DNA of 64,000 nt from Vulcanimicrobiota bacterium (GCA_963795855.1 CAWCIZ010000001.1:608001-672000), one strand, 5' to 3'. Positions 1-11,114 are shown, numbered from the stretch's first letter. The notes: generated by a model from the letters alone, not told the origin. Numbers and translations: made by a program.

Positions 1-761
1 AAATGCGGAGTTCGACCTGCTGTACCAGCCGATCGTTCGAACCGACGATGCGGAACTCGTGGGGTGCGAGGCGCTGCTGCGCTGGAAACATCCGCTGGAA
101 GGCGTGATGCTTCCGAGCAGTTTCATGCCGCTCGCCGAGCAGACCGGTTTGGCAACGCCGATCGGACGATTCGTTCTGCGAACCGCGTGCCGCCAAATCG
201 TTCGCTGGAGGGAAACCACCGGTAAGGCGCCTTTCCCGATTAACGTGAACGTGTCGGCGTCGGAACTGCTGGATGCAGATTTCGAGAGCGTCGTCGTCGG
301 AGCGACACGCGAGTTCGGCGTCGATCCGGGCAACCTCGTGCTCGAAATCACCGAAAGCGTCGTACTCGACCCGGGTACGCGTCCGAACGCGCTGGTCGAA
401 CGCCTTCGCGCGCACGGTTTTGGTATTTGCATCGACGATTTCGGCACCGGCTATTCGTCGTTGCGCTATCTGCAGCAATTCAAAGTCGACTCCATCAAGA
501 TCGACCGATCGTTCGTTTCCGGTCACGACGGCGAGGTCGCGAGCGAGCCTATCGTGCGTACGCTCATGACGCTCGCCGAAGCCTTCGACGTGCGCGTGGT
601 CGCGGAAGGCATCGAAACGCAGCGTCAGCGCGACGTGCTGCGCAATGCGGGTTGCCGTTTCGGTCAAGGTTTCTACTATGCGCGGGCACTCAGCGCAGAA
701 GAGGCTCGCCGTTATGTATCCCGCGGCCTTCGGCGCCGCCGCAAAGCACGCGTCCGCATGA
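1..761 (+). CDS. EAL-domain c-di-GMP phosphodiesterase, C-terminal part (5' truncated by window edge)
   Basis: YQPIV, EALLRW, LEITES, DDFGTGYSSL, KIDRSF and VAEGIET motifs. Removing one base near 703 gives ...EELAVMYPAAFGAAAKHASA* with TGA at 759-761 overlapping the next ATG (ATGA). Confidence 0.85.
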
Positions 762-3215
762 CGGACGGCGTTGAGACGCTGCGCGTCGCCGTGATTGGAT
801 CCGGCGCTACGCGTGCTCGAGACGTGCTCGCCGTGCTTGCGGCAGCCGGCTATTACGGTCGCGGATTCGTTCGCGCGGAGCGCGCCTCCGAAAATGGCGC
901 GCCGTGGAACGCCGCAATCTTTCTGGATTCCGGCGTTGCCGGCGAGGTCGATGCGGCCGCCCTGCGCGGCATCTCGGCAAAACTGCCGCTGATCATTGCG
1001 ACGGCTCGCATCGACATGCAGGTCGTTCGTCACGCCGCTGCGCTTGGTGCGCACGACGTCGTTCTGCGTGGCGACGGACCGCGCTTGATCGAGTCGCTGC
1101 GGCGCGCGATTACCGAACGCCCGAGTGTCGTGCTCGACCGCTTGACCGAAAGCACGCGCGAAGAGCTGATGCGCAAGCTCTTCGATCTGACGCCGACCTA
1201 CGTGAGCATTCGCGACCGCGAAGGCTGCTACGTGATGGTGAGCCAAGCGTTCGCCGATCTGTACGGCACGACGATCGAAGACATGACCGGTAAGGCGATT
1301 ACGGCGTTCACGCGTTGCAAGGCCGACGGTGAACTCGATCTTGCGGAAGACCGCGACGTCTTGCAGAGCCGCCGTTCCCGCTGGGTGCTGCGCGAGCTGC
1401 TCGACAGCTCCGGAACCAAGCGCGCATTGCAGATCGTGAAGCGCCCAATCGCGCTCGAAGACGGCCGCGTTTTCGTGATGTGCGTCGCGGTCGACGTAAC
1501 AAAGAGCGAGCGGGCCGAGTCCACGCTCGCGAAGACAAACGAGTTTCTGAAAAACATTCTCGAGACCATTTCGGATGCCGTGTTCGCGTTGGATACCGGA
1601 GGCCGCTTCACGCTCGCGAATAAGCGCCTTTCGCTGCTGACCGGATACCGGCACCACGAGCTCATCGGGATGCCGTTCACGCGGATCTTTCCCGTCGACA
1701 CCGCCGTCGAAGTGCAGCGCGCAATAACCTCGCTCAGCGCCGAAAACGCGAAAGAGAAGCGCTTTGAAGCCCACGTCGCGCATGCCGACGGTCATCCGCG
1801 GATCGTCACATGCAGCCTGATGCCGCTCAAAGAAGGCGACCGCGTTATCGGCATCGCGGGCACGGCAGTCGACGTCACGGAGCGCAAAGCCGCCGAGCAG
1901 CGCATCGAACACCTCGCCTATCACGATCCGCTTACGAATCTGCCGAACCGCAGACTCTTGAACGACCGGCTGACCATGGCGATGTCGCAAGCGGAGCGCG
2001 ACGGCCGAACCGTGGCCGTGCTATTCGTCGATTTGGATCGCTTCAAGAGCATAAACGATTCGCTCGGGCACCGCACCGGCGACGTCGTGCTGCAGGAGCT
2101 GGGCACGCGTTTGCGCGCCGCCGTCCGAGCCGCCGACACCGTCGCGCGCATGGGCGGTGACGAGTTCGTGTTCTTGCTGCCCGGTTTAGACGGCGCCGAC
2201 GAAGCGCTGCACGTGGCTCGCAAAATCCTCGACGCGGTCCGCAAACCGTTCAACGTCGATGGCCGCCAGTTCGTAGTTACGGCGAGCATCGGCGTGAGTC
2301 TATTCCCGAATCATTCCGCCGATGCCGAAACGCTGATCAAACAGGCCGATATTGCGTTGTTCGAAAGCAAACGCCGCGGCAGCGATTCGTTCGAAGTGTT
2401 CGACGAATCGATGAGCGCGCGTTCGCTGGAATACTTCGTGCTGGAAAACGATCTGCGCCGCGCGATCGTGCAAAACGAACTCGTGCTCGTGTACCAGCCG
2501 ATCGTCGAAATGCGCACCGAGCGCATCATTTCACTCGAAGCGCTGCTGCGCTGGCAGCATCCCGACAAAGGGCTGCTGATGCCGGACCAATTCATTCGCC
2601 TTGCGGAAGAGACGGGCCTCATCGTTCCGATTGGAAACTGGGTGCTGCACGAGGCCTGCCGGCAGAACCGCGAATGGCAGCGGCGCGGGCTTTTTTCGGT
2701 TCCGGTCGCGGTGAACGTTTCCGCTCGGCAACTCGACAGCGATTTAGTGGCCGCGGTTACCGAGGCGCTCGATGCGTCGGCGCTGCCGCCGCGCTATCTC
2801 GACTTGGAACTCACCGAAACGATTTTGATGGAAAGCGCTGCGTCTTCATCGATGGCGGTGGATGCGCTCAAAGAAATGGGCGCGCGCATTTCGATCGACG
2901 ACTTCGGAACCGGTTACTCTTCCTTGAGTTATCTCGAGCGCTTGCCGATCGATTGCCTGAAGATCGACAAGTCGTTCATGCCGCGCGATCCGCAAACATC
3001 CGGAGCGGGAATCATCGCGAGCACGATCATCTCTATGGCGCAGGCGCTCGGGCCTCGACGTCGTTGCCGAAGGTGTGGAAACGCGGGAACAACGCGATTT
3101 TCTGCTGGCACGCGGATGCAGCCGCGCGCAAGGTCATTTTTACTGGGCCGCAATGCAAGCCGGCCCGCTCGAAGCGTTAATTGGCGGCGATGCGCGCGAT
3201 AGCGTCTTCGCGTAG
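758..3215 (+). CDS. Degenerate receiver-PAS-PAS-GGDEF-EAL diguanylate cyclase/phosphodiesterase
   Basis: ATG at 758. Two PAS/PAC blocks (DVTKSE, DVTERK), YHDPLTNLPNR, RAAD I-site, GGDEF, EALLRW, DDFGTGYSS. One extra base near 3052; the corrected frame reads LDVVAEGVETREQRDFL...QGHFY and stops at 3213-3215. Confidence 0.9.
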
Positions 3216-4715
3216 CAGGCCGCGAAGCACCTTACCGCTTTCAGTGCGCGGCAACTCCGAGACGCGCACGACCGTGTCCGGCACTTTATAGTCCGCCAAC
3301 CGCTGCGAGACGGCATCCCGCGCCGCCGAAAGCAGATCGTCCGGCGCATGCGAATCATCGCGTACGACGATGCACGCGCACGTTCGTTCACCTAGCACCG
3401 CGTCCGGAATGCCGACCACCGAAACGCCCGCAACCCACGGCAGCGCGGAGACGACGTGTTCCACCTCTTCCGGATATACGTGCAAGCCGCCGCGGATGAT
3501 GATTTCCTTGCTGCGGCCTTTCACGTGCAAAAAGCCGTCATCATCGGTGAAGCCCAAATCGCCCGTGCGCAGCCAGCCGTCGACCGTGAACGTTTCGCGC
3601 GTCAACTCGTCATCGCCGTAATATCCGCGGAAGACCCCGGGGCCGCGTACTTGTATTTCGCCAAACTCAGTGCCCTGCGAATCCGTGCGCACTTCCGCAC
3701 CGGGAATCGGACGCCCGACGGAGGAGCGCCGCGCGGCAGGCGGGTCGTCGAAGCGTGTCATCGTGACGGCTGGTGCGGTCTCGGTCAAGCCCCACGCAAT
3801 CTGCACGTTGCAACCTAGTTCGCTGCGTATCCGATCCGCGAGCTCGGGTGAAACGGGCGCGGCGGCGACGATGCCGGTGCGCAGTTTGCTCAGATCCCTC
3901 GGAGCGCGCTTTTGCGCCGCCAGTTCGAGAACGAACATCGTCGGCGAGCCGTGCAGGACGGTTACGCCTTCCGATTCGCAGAGATCCAATGCGCCGGCGG
4001 CTGCAAACGTTTTCAAGACGACGAGCTTCGCACCACATGCTGCAGCGGCGAGAACCGTCGCGGAAAGCCCGAAGATGTGGGTTATCGGCACGGTAAGAAG
4101 AAACGTGTCTTGCGCCGCGCACTCGAGCAGCGCGCCGACCGTCGCGGCATTCCACACGAGGTTTGCGTGCGTCAGCACCGCGCCTTTCGGCCGTCCCGTC
4201 GTTCCGGACGTGTAACAGATCGCAAAAACGTCCTCGCGCCGGATCGCCGGAAGTTTGAGCGGCGAGCGCAGCGGCCGCGACGAAAGGGTGATGGGGTCGC
4301 CGGCTTCGATGTTGAGAACCTCACGAACTTCCGGCAGCGGCATCGCGCGAATGCGCGCCGCGAGGGCGTTGTCCGAAACGCACGCCAGCCGCGCGCCGCT
4401 ATGGCGCAGGACGTTTTCGAGATCGTCGTGCCCGAGGCGAGGACTCGCTCCGACGAACATCGCACCGGTCAGCGCGCACGCCCAATACAGTACGACCGCT
4501 TCGATTTGATTCGGCAGAACGACGGCGATGCGATCGTTCGCGCGCACGCCGAGCGCGGCGAAATGCGCGCAGGAGGAAACCGCTGCATCGTGCAGTTGCT
4601 GCCACGTCAGCCGGCGCGTCCCGTCGGTAACGGCCTCGGCGCTAGGGCGGACGTAGACATTTTCGCGTAATACGTCGGCGATCGTCGCGCTTTGCCGCAG
4701 GTCGTCGAGCGTCAT
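3177..4715 (-). CDS. Class I adenylate-forming enzyme (long-chain fatty acid-CoA ligase-like)
   Basis: YTSGTTGRPKG, WGLTET, RTGDLG, GRSKEIIIRGG and LPRTESGKV motifs. Confidence 0.92.
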   Translation of the reverse strand: MTLDDLRQSATIADVLRENVYVRPSAEAVTDGTRRLTWQQLHDAAVSSCAHFAALGVRANDRIAVVLPNQIEAVVLYWACALTGAMFVGASPRLGHDDLENVLRHSGARLACVSDNALAARIRAMPLPEVREVLNIEAGDPITLSSRPLRSPLKLPAIRREDVFAICYTSGTTGRPKGAVLTHANLVWNAATVGALLECAAQDTFLLTVPITHIFGLSATVLAAAACGAKLVVLKTFAAAGALDLCESEGVTVLHGSPTMFVLELAAQKRAPRDLSKLRTGIVAAAPVSPELADRIRSELGCNVQIAWGLTETAPAVTMTRFDDPPAARRSSVGRPIPGAEVRTDSQGTEFGEIQVRGPGVFRGYYGDDELTRETFTVDGWLRTGDLGFTDDDGFLHVKGRSKEIIIRGGLHVYPEEVEHVVSALPWVAGVSVVGIPDAVLGERTCACIVVRDDSHAPDDLLSAARDAVSQRLADYKVPDTVVRVSELPRTESGKVLRGLLREDAIARIAAN

Positions 4716-4805
4716 AAGTGCAACGCGCTAGTTAGTCGCACCGCAGTAAGCCACCTATTGGCAGGACGCGCATATGCGGAATCGTATAGACATGCGGGAC
4801 GCGTC

Positions 4806-4834
4806 TTGTCAAACTGGGTAATCCCGGCTAAACT
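4806..4834 (+). promoter_or_regulatory. Sigma70-type promoter of the tRNA-Lys pair
   Basis: TTGTCA (4806-4811), 17-nt spacer, TAAACT (4829-4834), then a GC-rich discriminator just before the tRNA. Confidence 0.7.
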
Positions 4835-4845
4835 GAGGCGGTTGC

Positions 4846-4919
4846 GCGCCTCTAGGCTCAGTCGGTAGAGCAGCGGACTTTTAATCCGTTGGTCCCGGGT
4901 TCGAGTCCCGGGGGGCGCA
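4846..4919 (+). tRNA. tRNA-Lys (TTT)
   Basis: Acceptor stem GCGCCTC/GGGGCGC, anticodon arm GCGGA-CTTTTAA-TCCGT, T-loop GGTTCGAGTCC. One apparently extra G (TAGGCTCAG); CCA not encoded. Confidence 0.9.
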
Positions 4920-4924
4920 CGCCG

Positions 4925-4999
<75 letters not shown>

Positions 5000-5005
5000 A
5001 ATTCC

Positions 5006-5043
5006 AAAAGAGGCGGTTCGAGCGAGCCGCCTCTTTCGTTTTA
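5006..5043. terminator. Bidirectional intrinsic terminator
   Basis: AAAGAGGCGG...CCGCCTCTTT hairpin with A and T tails, between the tRNAs and a convergent gene. Confidence 0.8.
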
Positions 5044-5053
5044 CTTGCGGCGG

Positions 5054-5983
5054 TCAGGGATGGCCGAGCATAAACAGCCAATCGGCGCTGTAAGCCGGCG
5101 TTCCATCGCTATTGAGCGGTGTCGTGTAGTCTCCAACGACGCTGGTATGGTATACCATGCGTCCCAGGCGCGCGACGTTTGCGTTTGGCTGTGGTTCCAG
5201 CGAAAGCACGCGTACGTTGGCAGATGGTATCCCGAGCGCCAAATATGCGCGTGCAATGAAGCGTGCCATGGGCTCTTTGGTGTGGTAAGCCGCGAACCAG
5301 CGGTCGGGCGGAGTCGCGGATGGTTCGCGCAGCCATGGAGAAAGGGCGCCTCCGCGTTGAAAATCCCACGGGCTGGAGAACAGAATGACGCGCGCGACGG
5401 CGTGTTCTTTCGCGATGAACGCGGCCATGCCGGCGCCTTGCGAATGCCCCGACACGGCAATGCGAGACCAATTAGGCTGTGCTCCGGCAAGATATGCTTT
5501 CCAACCCTCCGCAGGACGTTGCGCGTCCAAATACTGCAGCAGCTTGACAAGTCTGTTCACGATCGACTCTTGCGGCTGGTCATCGATGAGCTTCGTATCG
5601 TTCACGCCGTAAATGCGTTTGCGCCGAACCAGAGCGGTGCATGATGGATCGGGATTTTGAGGGCAGATGACGTTGACGGCGTCAGCGTCGTCGTACATCA
5701 GGCCGATCGCGCGGTAACCATCCAATGCCGCGGCCGCCAGAAACCGCTTCACATTTTGCGGAACGCCATGGGTGCCGGGAAGGAAAACCAACAGCGGCGC
5801 GTCCGCACGAACTGTCCGTTTCGAAAGAACGACGTCGTCGTCAACGAAACGCGTGATGGCCGGATCGGCATCGCGGGGTGAAACGGAAAAAATCACCGCA
5901 TCGCTTTGCTGAGCCGAGGCACCGTACGGTGCGAGCGCCCACGCACAGAAGACCGCGATGCTAAAAAACACCCTGAGATTCAT
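5054..5983 (-). CDS. Secreted alpha/beta hydrolase (BPSS1187-like)
   Basis: Signal peptide MNLRVFFSIAVFCAWALAPYGASA, FLPGT, GHSQG nucleophile elbow. Start moved to ATG 5983 from the ORF-track start. Confidence 0.75.
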   Translation of the reverse strand: MNLRVFFSIAVFCAWALAPYGASAQQSDAVIFSVSPRDADPAITRFVDDDVVLSKRTVRADAPLLVFLPGTHGVPQNVKRFLAAAALDGYRAIGLMYDDADAVNVICPQNPDPSCTALVRRKRIYGVNDTKLIDDQPQESIVNRLVKLLQYLDAQRPAEGWKAYLAGAQPNWSRIAVSGHSQGAGMAAFIAKEHAVARVILFSSPWDFQRGGALSPWLREPSATPPDRWFAAYHTKEPMARFIARAYLALGIPSANVRVLSLEPQPNANVARLGRMVYHTSVVGDYTTPLNSDGTPAYSADWLFMLGHP

Positions 5984-6115
5984 GTGTTTGCTGCTTTCTG
6001 GCCGTGAACTCAAGGGCCCCGCATCTGGATGCGGTAGTCCGTCCGGAAAGCGCACATTCGGTAAAGGCGGCCGGGAGCGCGAGGCACCGGCTGCTCCCTT
6101 GCGAAGTATAAGCGG

Positions 6116-9100
6116 GTGAAGAACGCGATTGGGCACGCCGCCCGCTCGCGCGCCGACCGGGACCGGGAAGTCGTGCAGCGGACCGCGGAGCTGCTCACGA
6201 GCAGCCTGTCGCTGGAAGAACTTTTCCATGCGATTTGTTCGCTATTGGCCCGCTTCGTCGAAGCGCCCGTCGTCTTCATCGCCCTGAACGACGCTGAAGG
6301 CGGCCGAATCGTTTTTCTGCTGGAGAACGACGTATCGGGCCGGCTCGACAACCGTCGCGTGCGCCCCGGCTCGGCAACCTCCCAGGTGCTCTGCGGCGGT
6401 CATTCGCTCCTCAAGCGCTGCATGGGCGACTGGACCGAAGGCCGTACGCCGCTCAACCTTCCGGGACAACCTCAGAACGACGAACGCGTTTCGGCGATCT
6501 TCGTTCCGTTGAAGTTCGGTACCGAGATCATCGGCGTGCTTTCGGTGCAAAGCGAACGCGAGAACGCGTACGACGAAGCAGATGTCGAGCTCTTGCAAAC
6601 GTGCGCATTGTATTTGAGCGTCCGCATTCATCAGGCGCATATCGAAACGCAGAGCGCGCGTCTGGAAAACATCGCGTCGACGGACAGTCTGACGGGCGTC
6701 GGAAACAGGCGCTGGCTCAACGAACGTTTGTCGGCGGAATGGCGGCGCGCTATTCGGCGCGCGACCGGCATTAGCGCGATACTCATCGACATCGATTTCT
6801 TTAAATCGTTCAACGACACGTACGGCCACGTCGCGGGGGATGCAGCGCTGCAGCAAGTTGCCACCGCGCTCGCGTCGTGTCTTGGACGCGCGGAAGACGC
6901 GTTCGCGCGATACGGCGGCGAGGAATTCATCGCGATTCTGCCCGATACGGATCTGGAGGGTGCGCTGACGATCGCGGAAAGGATGCGTTCCGCAGTTTAC
7001 GATCTCGGGATCGCGCACAGCGGTTCCATGCTCGGGCGCCTGAGCATGAGCGCCGGCGTCGCATATCAGATTCCGGCGCGCGGCAGTTCCGCCGAAGCCG
7101 TGGTCGAGTCCGCAGACGCAGCGCTTTACGATGCGAAGCGCGGTGGACGCAATCGCGTTGCCGCAGAAAATTACCGCTCCGACACCGCGCCCGCGTTTCC
7201 CGCCAAGGCGTATCGGCACAACTTGCCGCCGCTGCGCGGCCGAACCTTCGGAAGAACGGAAGAAGTGCAGCGCATTCGCGCGCTGCTGCGCGTCAGCCGG
7301 CTGTTGACGGTCGCGGGCGCGGCGGGCTCCGGCAAATCGCGTCACCTTGCCGAAGCGGCGCTGCGGGATGTTGCGCGCTATCCCGACGGCGTGTTTTACG
7401 TCGATTGCTCCGTCATAACCGACGGGAGGTACTTGAGTTCGAAAATTGCGTCGGTCGTCGGCGTGCGTGAAACGCCGCTGCAATCCTCGGAGAGCGTTGT
7501 TGCCGACTTTCTGAAGTCCAAGCGCACGCTGCTGATTCTCGACAACTGCGACGTCGTGACGGCGTCGTGCAGTCAGTACGTTCGGAACCTTTTGGCCGAA
7601 GCTCGCGAGGCGCGCGTCGCCGTCACGTGCCGCGAACCGCTGCTGCTCTCGGGCGAAGTTGCGTTCGTGCTTCCGCCGCTGGACATGCAGTCCGCGATCA
7701 CGCTGTTCGTCGAACGCGCCAAAGCGCTGGGAATGCCGGGCATCGACGCCGGCGACGCCGCCGCGATCGAACGCATCTGCGCGAAGCTGGCCAGATTGCC
7801 GCGCGCGATAGAACTCGCCGCCGCGCAGTTGCGGCGCTACTCTCTGGAAGAATTGCAGGCGCGCCTGCCCGGCGAGGCTTCCATGGACCGGCAAACCGCG
7901 CACGGTTTCGTCGAGTGGACGTATACGGTGCTTTCATCGGAAGAACAGCGCCTGCTGCGTGGATTGAGCGTGTTCGCCGGCGGCGCGACGCCGGGCTCGA
8001 TACAACAGGTGTGCGGCGCCGACGGCTTCGCCGGATTGCTCGAGAACGGCCTGGTTACCGTTGAATCGCGAGAAGAGGGGGATCGGTACGTAATTCCGGC
8101 GTCGATCCGCGCGTACGCCCGCGAGCGCGCGCTCGAGTTGGGCGAACTCGACCAGTACCGCGACGTTCACGCGCGGCACTTCCTCGAGCGTGCGAAAGCG
8201 CTGCGTGAAAGTTATCCGACGCGCAACTGGCAGCGGCATCTGCGCGAGATGCTGCCGGAAATCGACAATCTGCGCGCCGCGCTGCTGTTTACGGTGACCG
8301 AAGGCCGCGACGTGCAACTCGGCGCGGAACTGAGCGCGTGCCTCATCCAATATTGGCTTCAGCTCGGACGCGCCGCCGCGGGGCGCGAATGGATTGAAGA
8401 GCTCCTGACGCGCGGCGTGGAGTTTCCGCCTAACGTGCGCGCGGAACTCGTGTACGGACTGGCCCGCCTGGACAACGCCCACTCGCAACGCGCGTTGGAA
8501 GTCTGCGGTCGCCGCCGTAGAAGAATACCGCGGGCTGAACGACCGCACGGGCCTTGCGTCGGCATTGTTTGAAGTCGCCGCGTGCTACTCGGGCATTGGG
8601 CAATTCGAAGCCGGCGATCCGTATTTGCAGGAAGCGCGCGAGATCTGTTCTGAGCTCGGAGACGTCAGGCGCATGGGCGACGTGCTCAACGGTTTGGCGC
8701 TCGCGGAAGGGTGGCGCGGCAACACGCTGCGCGCACGCGAATTACTCGAACAAAGTTTGGAATTCTTCCGGCGTCTCGAAGACGATCGCGGCGTCGCGTC
8801 GCTGCTCGGAAACTTGGGCGATCTCGCTGCAGTCGTGGGCGATTACGAACGCGCGATTAGTTTGAGCCGGCAAAGTTTAGCGATTCTCGAACGCCTGCAC
8901 GATCCGCAGTCGACCGCCTGGCAATTGACGAACATCGGATCGTTCGAGATCAAACGCGGCAATCTCGAGGCTGCAAGGCCTGCGCTGCGACGCGCGCTGG
9001 AGTTGCTGCACGAACATCAGGACGACTGGCTAAGCGCGAATTGCGCCGATTCGCTCTCGCGCTTCGCTCTCGCGCAGCAGGACTGGGCCGCCGCGTATCG

Positions 9101-9290
9101 CCTGGCACTCTTTGCAGACGGCATCTTCGCGGCGATCGGCGTACCGCGTCAACCGCCGGATGAGATCGATCGCGAGCGCGTCGTGCGCGATTCCGGCGCG
9201 CACTTGACTGACGGCGCGCAGGACATTCAGCGCGAACGCGCGCTTCATATGACCTGGAGCGACGTATTGGAAGAAGCGGCGCAGTTGTAA
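6116..9290 (+). CDS. GAF-GGDEF diguanylate cyclase fused to STAND-type ATPase and TPR repeats (frameshift ~8510)
   Basis: GAF (VPLKFGTEIIGVLSVQS), DSLTG, RAED I-site, GGEEF, HNLP, Walker A GAAGSGKS, Walker B LLILDNCD, LPRAIELAAA. TPR-like repeats continue in ORF 8565..9290. Confidence 0.85.
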
Positions 9291-9309
9291 CGCCGCAGCC
9301 GTAAATGAA

Positions 9310-9343
9310 GAAAGGCTCGCCGTAACCGGCGAGCCTTTCTTTT
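9310..9343. terminator. Bidirectional intrinsic terminator
   Basis: GAAAGGCTCGCC-GTAACC-GGCGAGCCTTTC followed by TTTT, between convergent genes. Confidence 0.8.
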
Positions 9344-9358
9344 GGCGCAATCTGCAGA

Positions 9359-10858
9359 TTAGTGCAGTGTCAGCGCCGTGTCGTCGATGAAGAAAGAGGT
9401 CGCGAGGCTGTAGTCTTCTCGACCGGTCCACTTGATGGTGACCGTCTGCCCAGCGTACGCCGATAGGTCGAGCGTGCGCTGCGCATAAGCGCCGTGGTTG
9501 ACGTTCGAGAACGTCTGTTTGGTCGCGCCGTTGATTGCGAGCGTGAGTTTGTCGTAGGCGACGGTTCCGCTCTCTTGCGTGTCGATGCGCAGCCAATAGG
9601 TCAGCGTTGCTTTGCAGCCCGCTTTGATTGAGACCGTTTGACTGAGCGTGTCGGTATGCGTCGTGCCGTAGCCGTCGAGCCACGCGTAGCCGGCGCCGGA
9701 ATGCGCGTACGCGCCGTCCGTGTTGATGACGCCCGAGGTGGTGCTCCAATTCGCCCCGCCGCTCTCGAAGCCCGGATTCAGCAGCAGCTGGCCGGAGCAT
9801 CCGCCCGGTGCGGGAGAGCCGGTCGGAACCGGAGTCGGAGTCGAAACCGGCGTCGACGAAGGAGCCGGTGTCGGCGAGGGCGGCGTGCCATAGCTGTGCA
9901 CGCAGCTCGCGGTCGCGTTGCTCCATTCCGGCTGGTTCGGGAAGCTCGCTCCGCCGTACATCACGTCGTCCTGAAGATTCGTCCAGGCGCACTTGTCGCC
10001 GATCTCCTCGCCGCTCGAGTCGATCCAGCCGTTCCCGGCGCCGGGATCCGTGATCGTTTCCTGCATTTCGTGACCGCCGACGATGCTGGCGCCGTCGTTC
10101 GTGCCCGGGGAATTGACCGAGCCCTGTCCGCAACTGCTGCCGACGTCGGGAAGGTACGGGAAGTCGGTGTACGCGATCGGGCCGCTTCCGCCGCTCATCG
10201 CGTTATGGAACGCGCACCACTGCGTGCCGAAGCCGCTCGTGGTGTAGTTGTGCGGCGTCACGATGAAGTAGTTCGCGTCCGCGCTATAGCCGAAGTGCGA
10301 AACTGCTTTGTTCGCTTCGGTTTGAATGTTGGATTCGGTGTAGTTCGACGGCGGCAGCGAGCTGCTGTCGTACCACGTCCCGGCGAGTTGGCCCGTCGGA
10401 TTGGTGATGTTTCCTTGGCTCGTCGAATAATATTGCGTCGCGACGTTCGCGAGGTTGCTGCCGCCGAGCGCAGTGACGTAGTTCACGAGGTACTGCGCCA
10501 TGCCGCTCGGGTCGTGCGTCGTGTCTCCGGCCCCGCTCCAGCCCCAGAACACGAGATAGATTTTGGGCGACTTCTGAATCGGCCCGCCGTTGTAGTTCAG
10601 ATTGTTCGGAGAGGAGATCATCGCGTGAAGAGCGCGTGTGTGCGGCCCAATGGGCGCGAGTTCGGGATGCTGTTTCAAATAAGTGCGGCTGTAGAATAGA
10701 ATGCGATGGCCCACGGTCGCGGGCTTCGTTCCGCTGCCGTTTCCGTTGTTCGCGTTCGGAACCACCGCGGAATTTTGTCCGCCGCCGCAGCCGGCAATGA
10801 GTGCAGCGCACGCCGCCAAGGCGACGAGCAACTGCGGCTTCTTCAAGAGTCTTTTCAA
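9359..10858 (-). CDS. Secreted lipoprotein with Phi-1/EXORDIUM-like domain, PT linker and C-terminal beta-sandwich
   Basis: TTG start after GGAGG, lipobox LIAGC, YNGGP..IYLVFWG, WCAFH, HEMQETITDP...EIGDKC, PTPAP linker, QLLLNPGFESG...FFIDD domain. Confidence 0.7.
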   Translation of the reverse strand: MKRLLKKPQLLVALAACAALIAGCGGGQNSAVVPNANNGNGSGTKPATVGHRILFYSRTYLKQHPELAPIGPHTRALHAMISSPNNLNYNGGPIQKSPKIYLVFWGWSGAGDTTHDPSGMAQYLVNYVTALGGSNLANVATQYYSTSQGNITNPTGQLAGTWYDSSSLPPSNYTESNIQTEANKAVSHFGYSADANYFIVTPHNYTTSGFGTQWCAFHNAMSGGSGPIAYTDFPYLPDVGSSCGQGSVNSPGTNDGASIVGGHEMQETITDPGAGNGWIDSSGEEIGDKCAWTNLQDDVMYGGASFPNQPEWSNATASCVHSYGTPPSPTPAPSSTPVSTPTPVPTGSPAPGGCSGQLLLNPGFESGGANWSTTSGVINTDGAYAHSGAGYAWLDGYGTTHTDTLSQTVSIKAGCKATLTYWLRIDTQESGTVAYDKLTLAINGATKQTFSNVNHGAYAQRTLDLSAYAGQTVTIKWTGREDYSLATSFFIDDTALTLH

Positions 10859-11032
10859 ATACGTTACCCTCCGGAAGTGCAACAAGAGCGTTCCGCCGCA
10901 ACGCGAAACGCCGATTCGATTGTCTCTGAAAAGCCCCGGCGAGACTAGCTGCGAAATGCACTCATCCATCGGATGTGTGCGGAAGGGATTCCAGGCGGCA
11001 CGTTATATTTATCCGGGTCGCCGCCGGCACAG

Positions 11033-11114
11033 GGGCAAGTGGCGGAACTGGCAGACGCGCTGGATTTAGGTTCCAGTGGGGTAACCCATCAGAGTTCGAG
11101 TCTCTGCTTGCCCA
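11033..11114 (+). tRNA. tRNA-Leu (TAG)
   Basis: GGGCAAG/CTTGCCC acceptor, anticodon arm CTGGA-TTTAGGT-TCCAG, long variable arm, GTTCGAGTC. Confidence 0.93.

Noticed and set aside
59..3202. Apparent 1047-aa EAL-REC-PAS-PAS-GGDEF-EAL fusion with two EAL domains
   Set aside because: The junction is out-of-character Arg-rich text (ARRYVSRGLRRRRKARVR). Removing one base near 703 gives a natural stop overlapping the ATG at 758, so these are two genes.
4853..4860. Non-canonical D-arm entry (TAGGCTCAG) in tRNA-Lys(TTT)
   Set aside because: A single extra G fits the indel error pattern seen across the window.
10860..11030. Possible riboswitch (c-di-AMP or c-di-GMP) in the leader of the Phi-1-like lipoprotein
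   Set aside because: I could not match the conserved cores by eye; a significant Rfam/Infernal hit would be needed.
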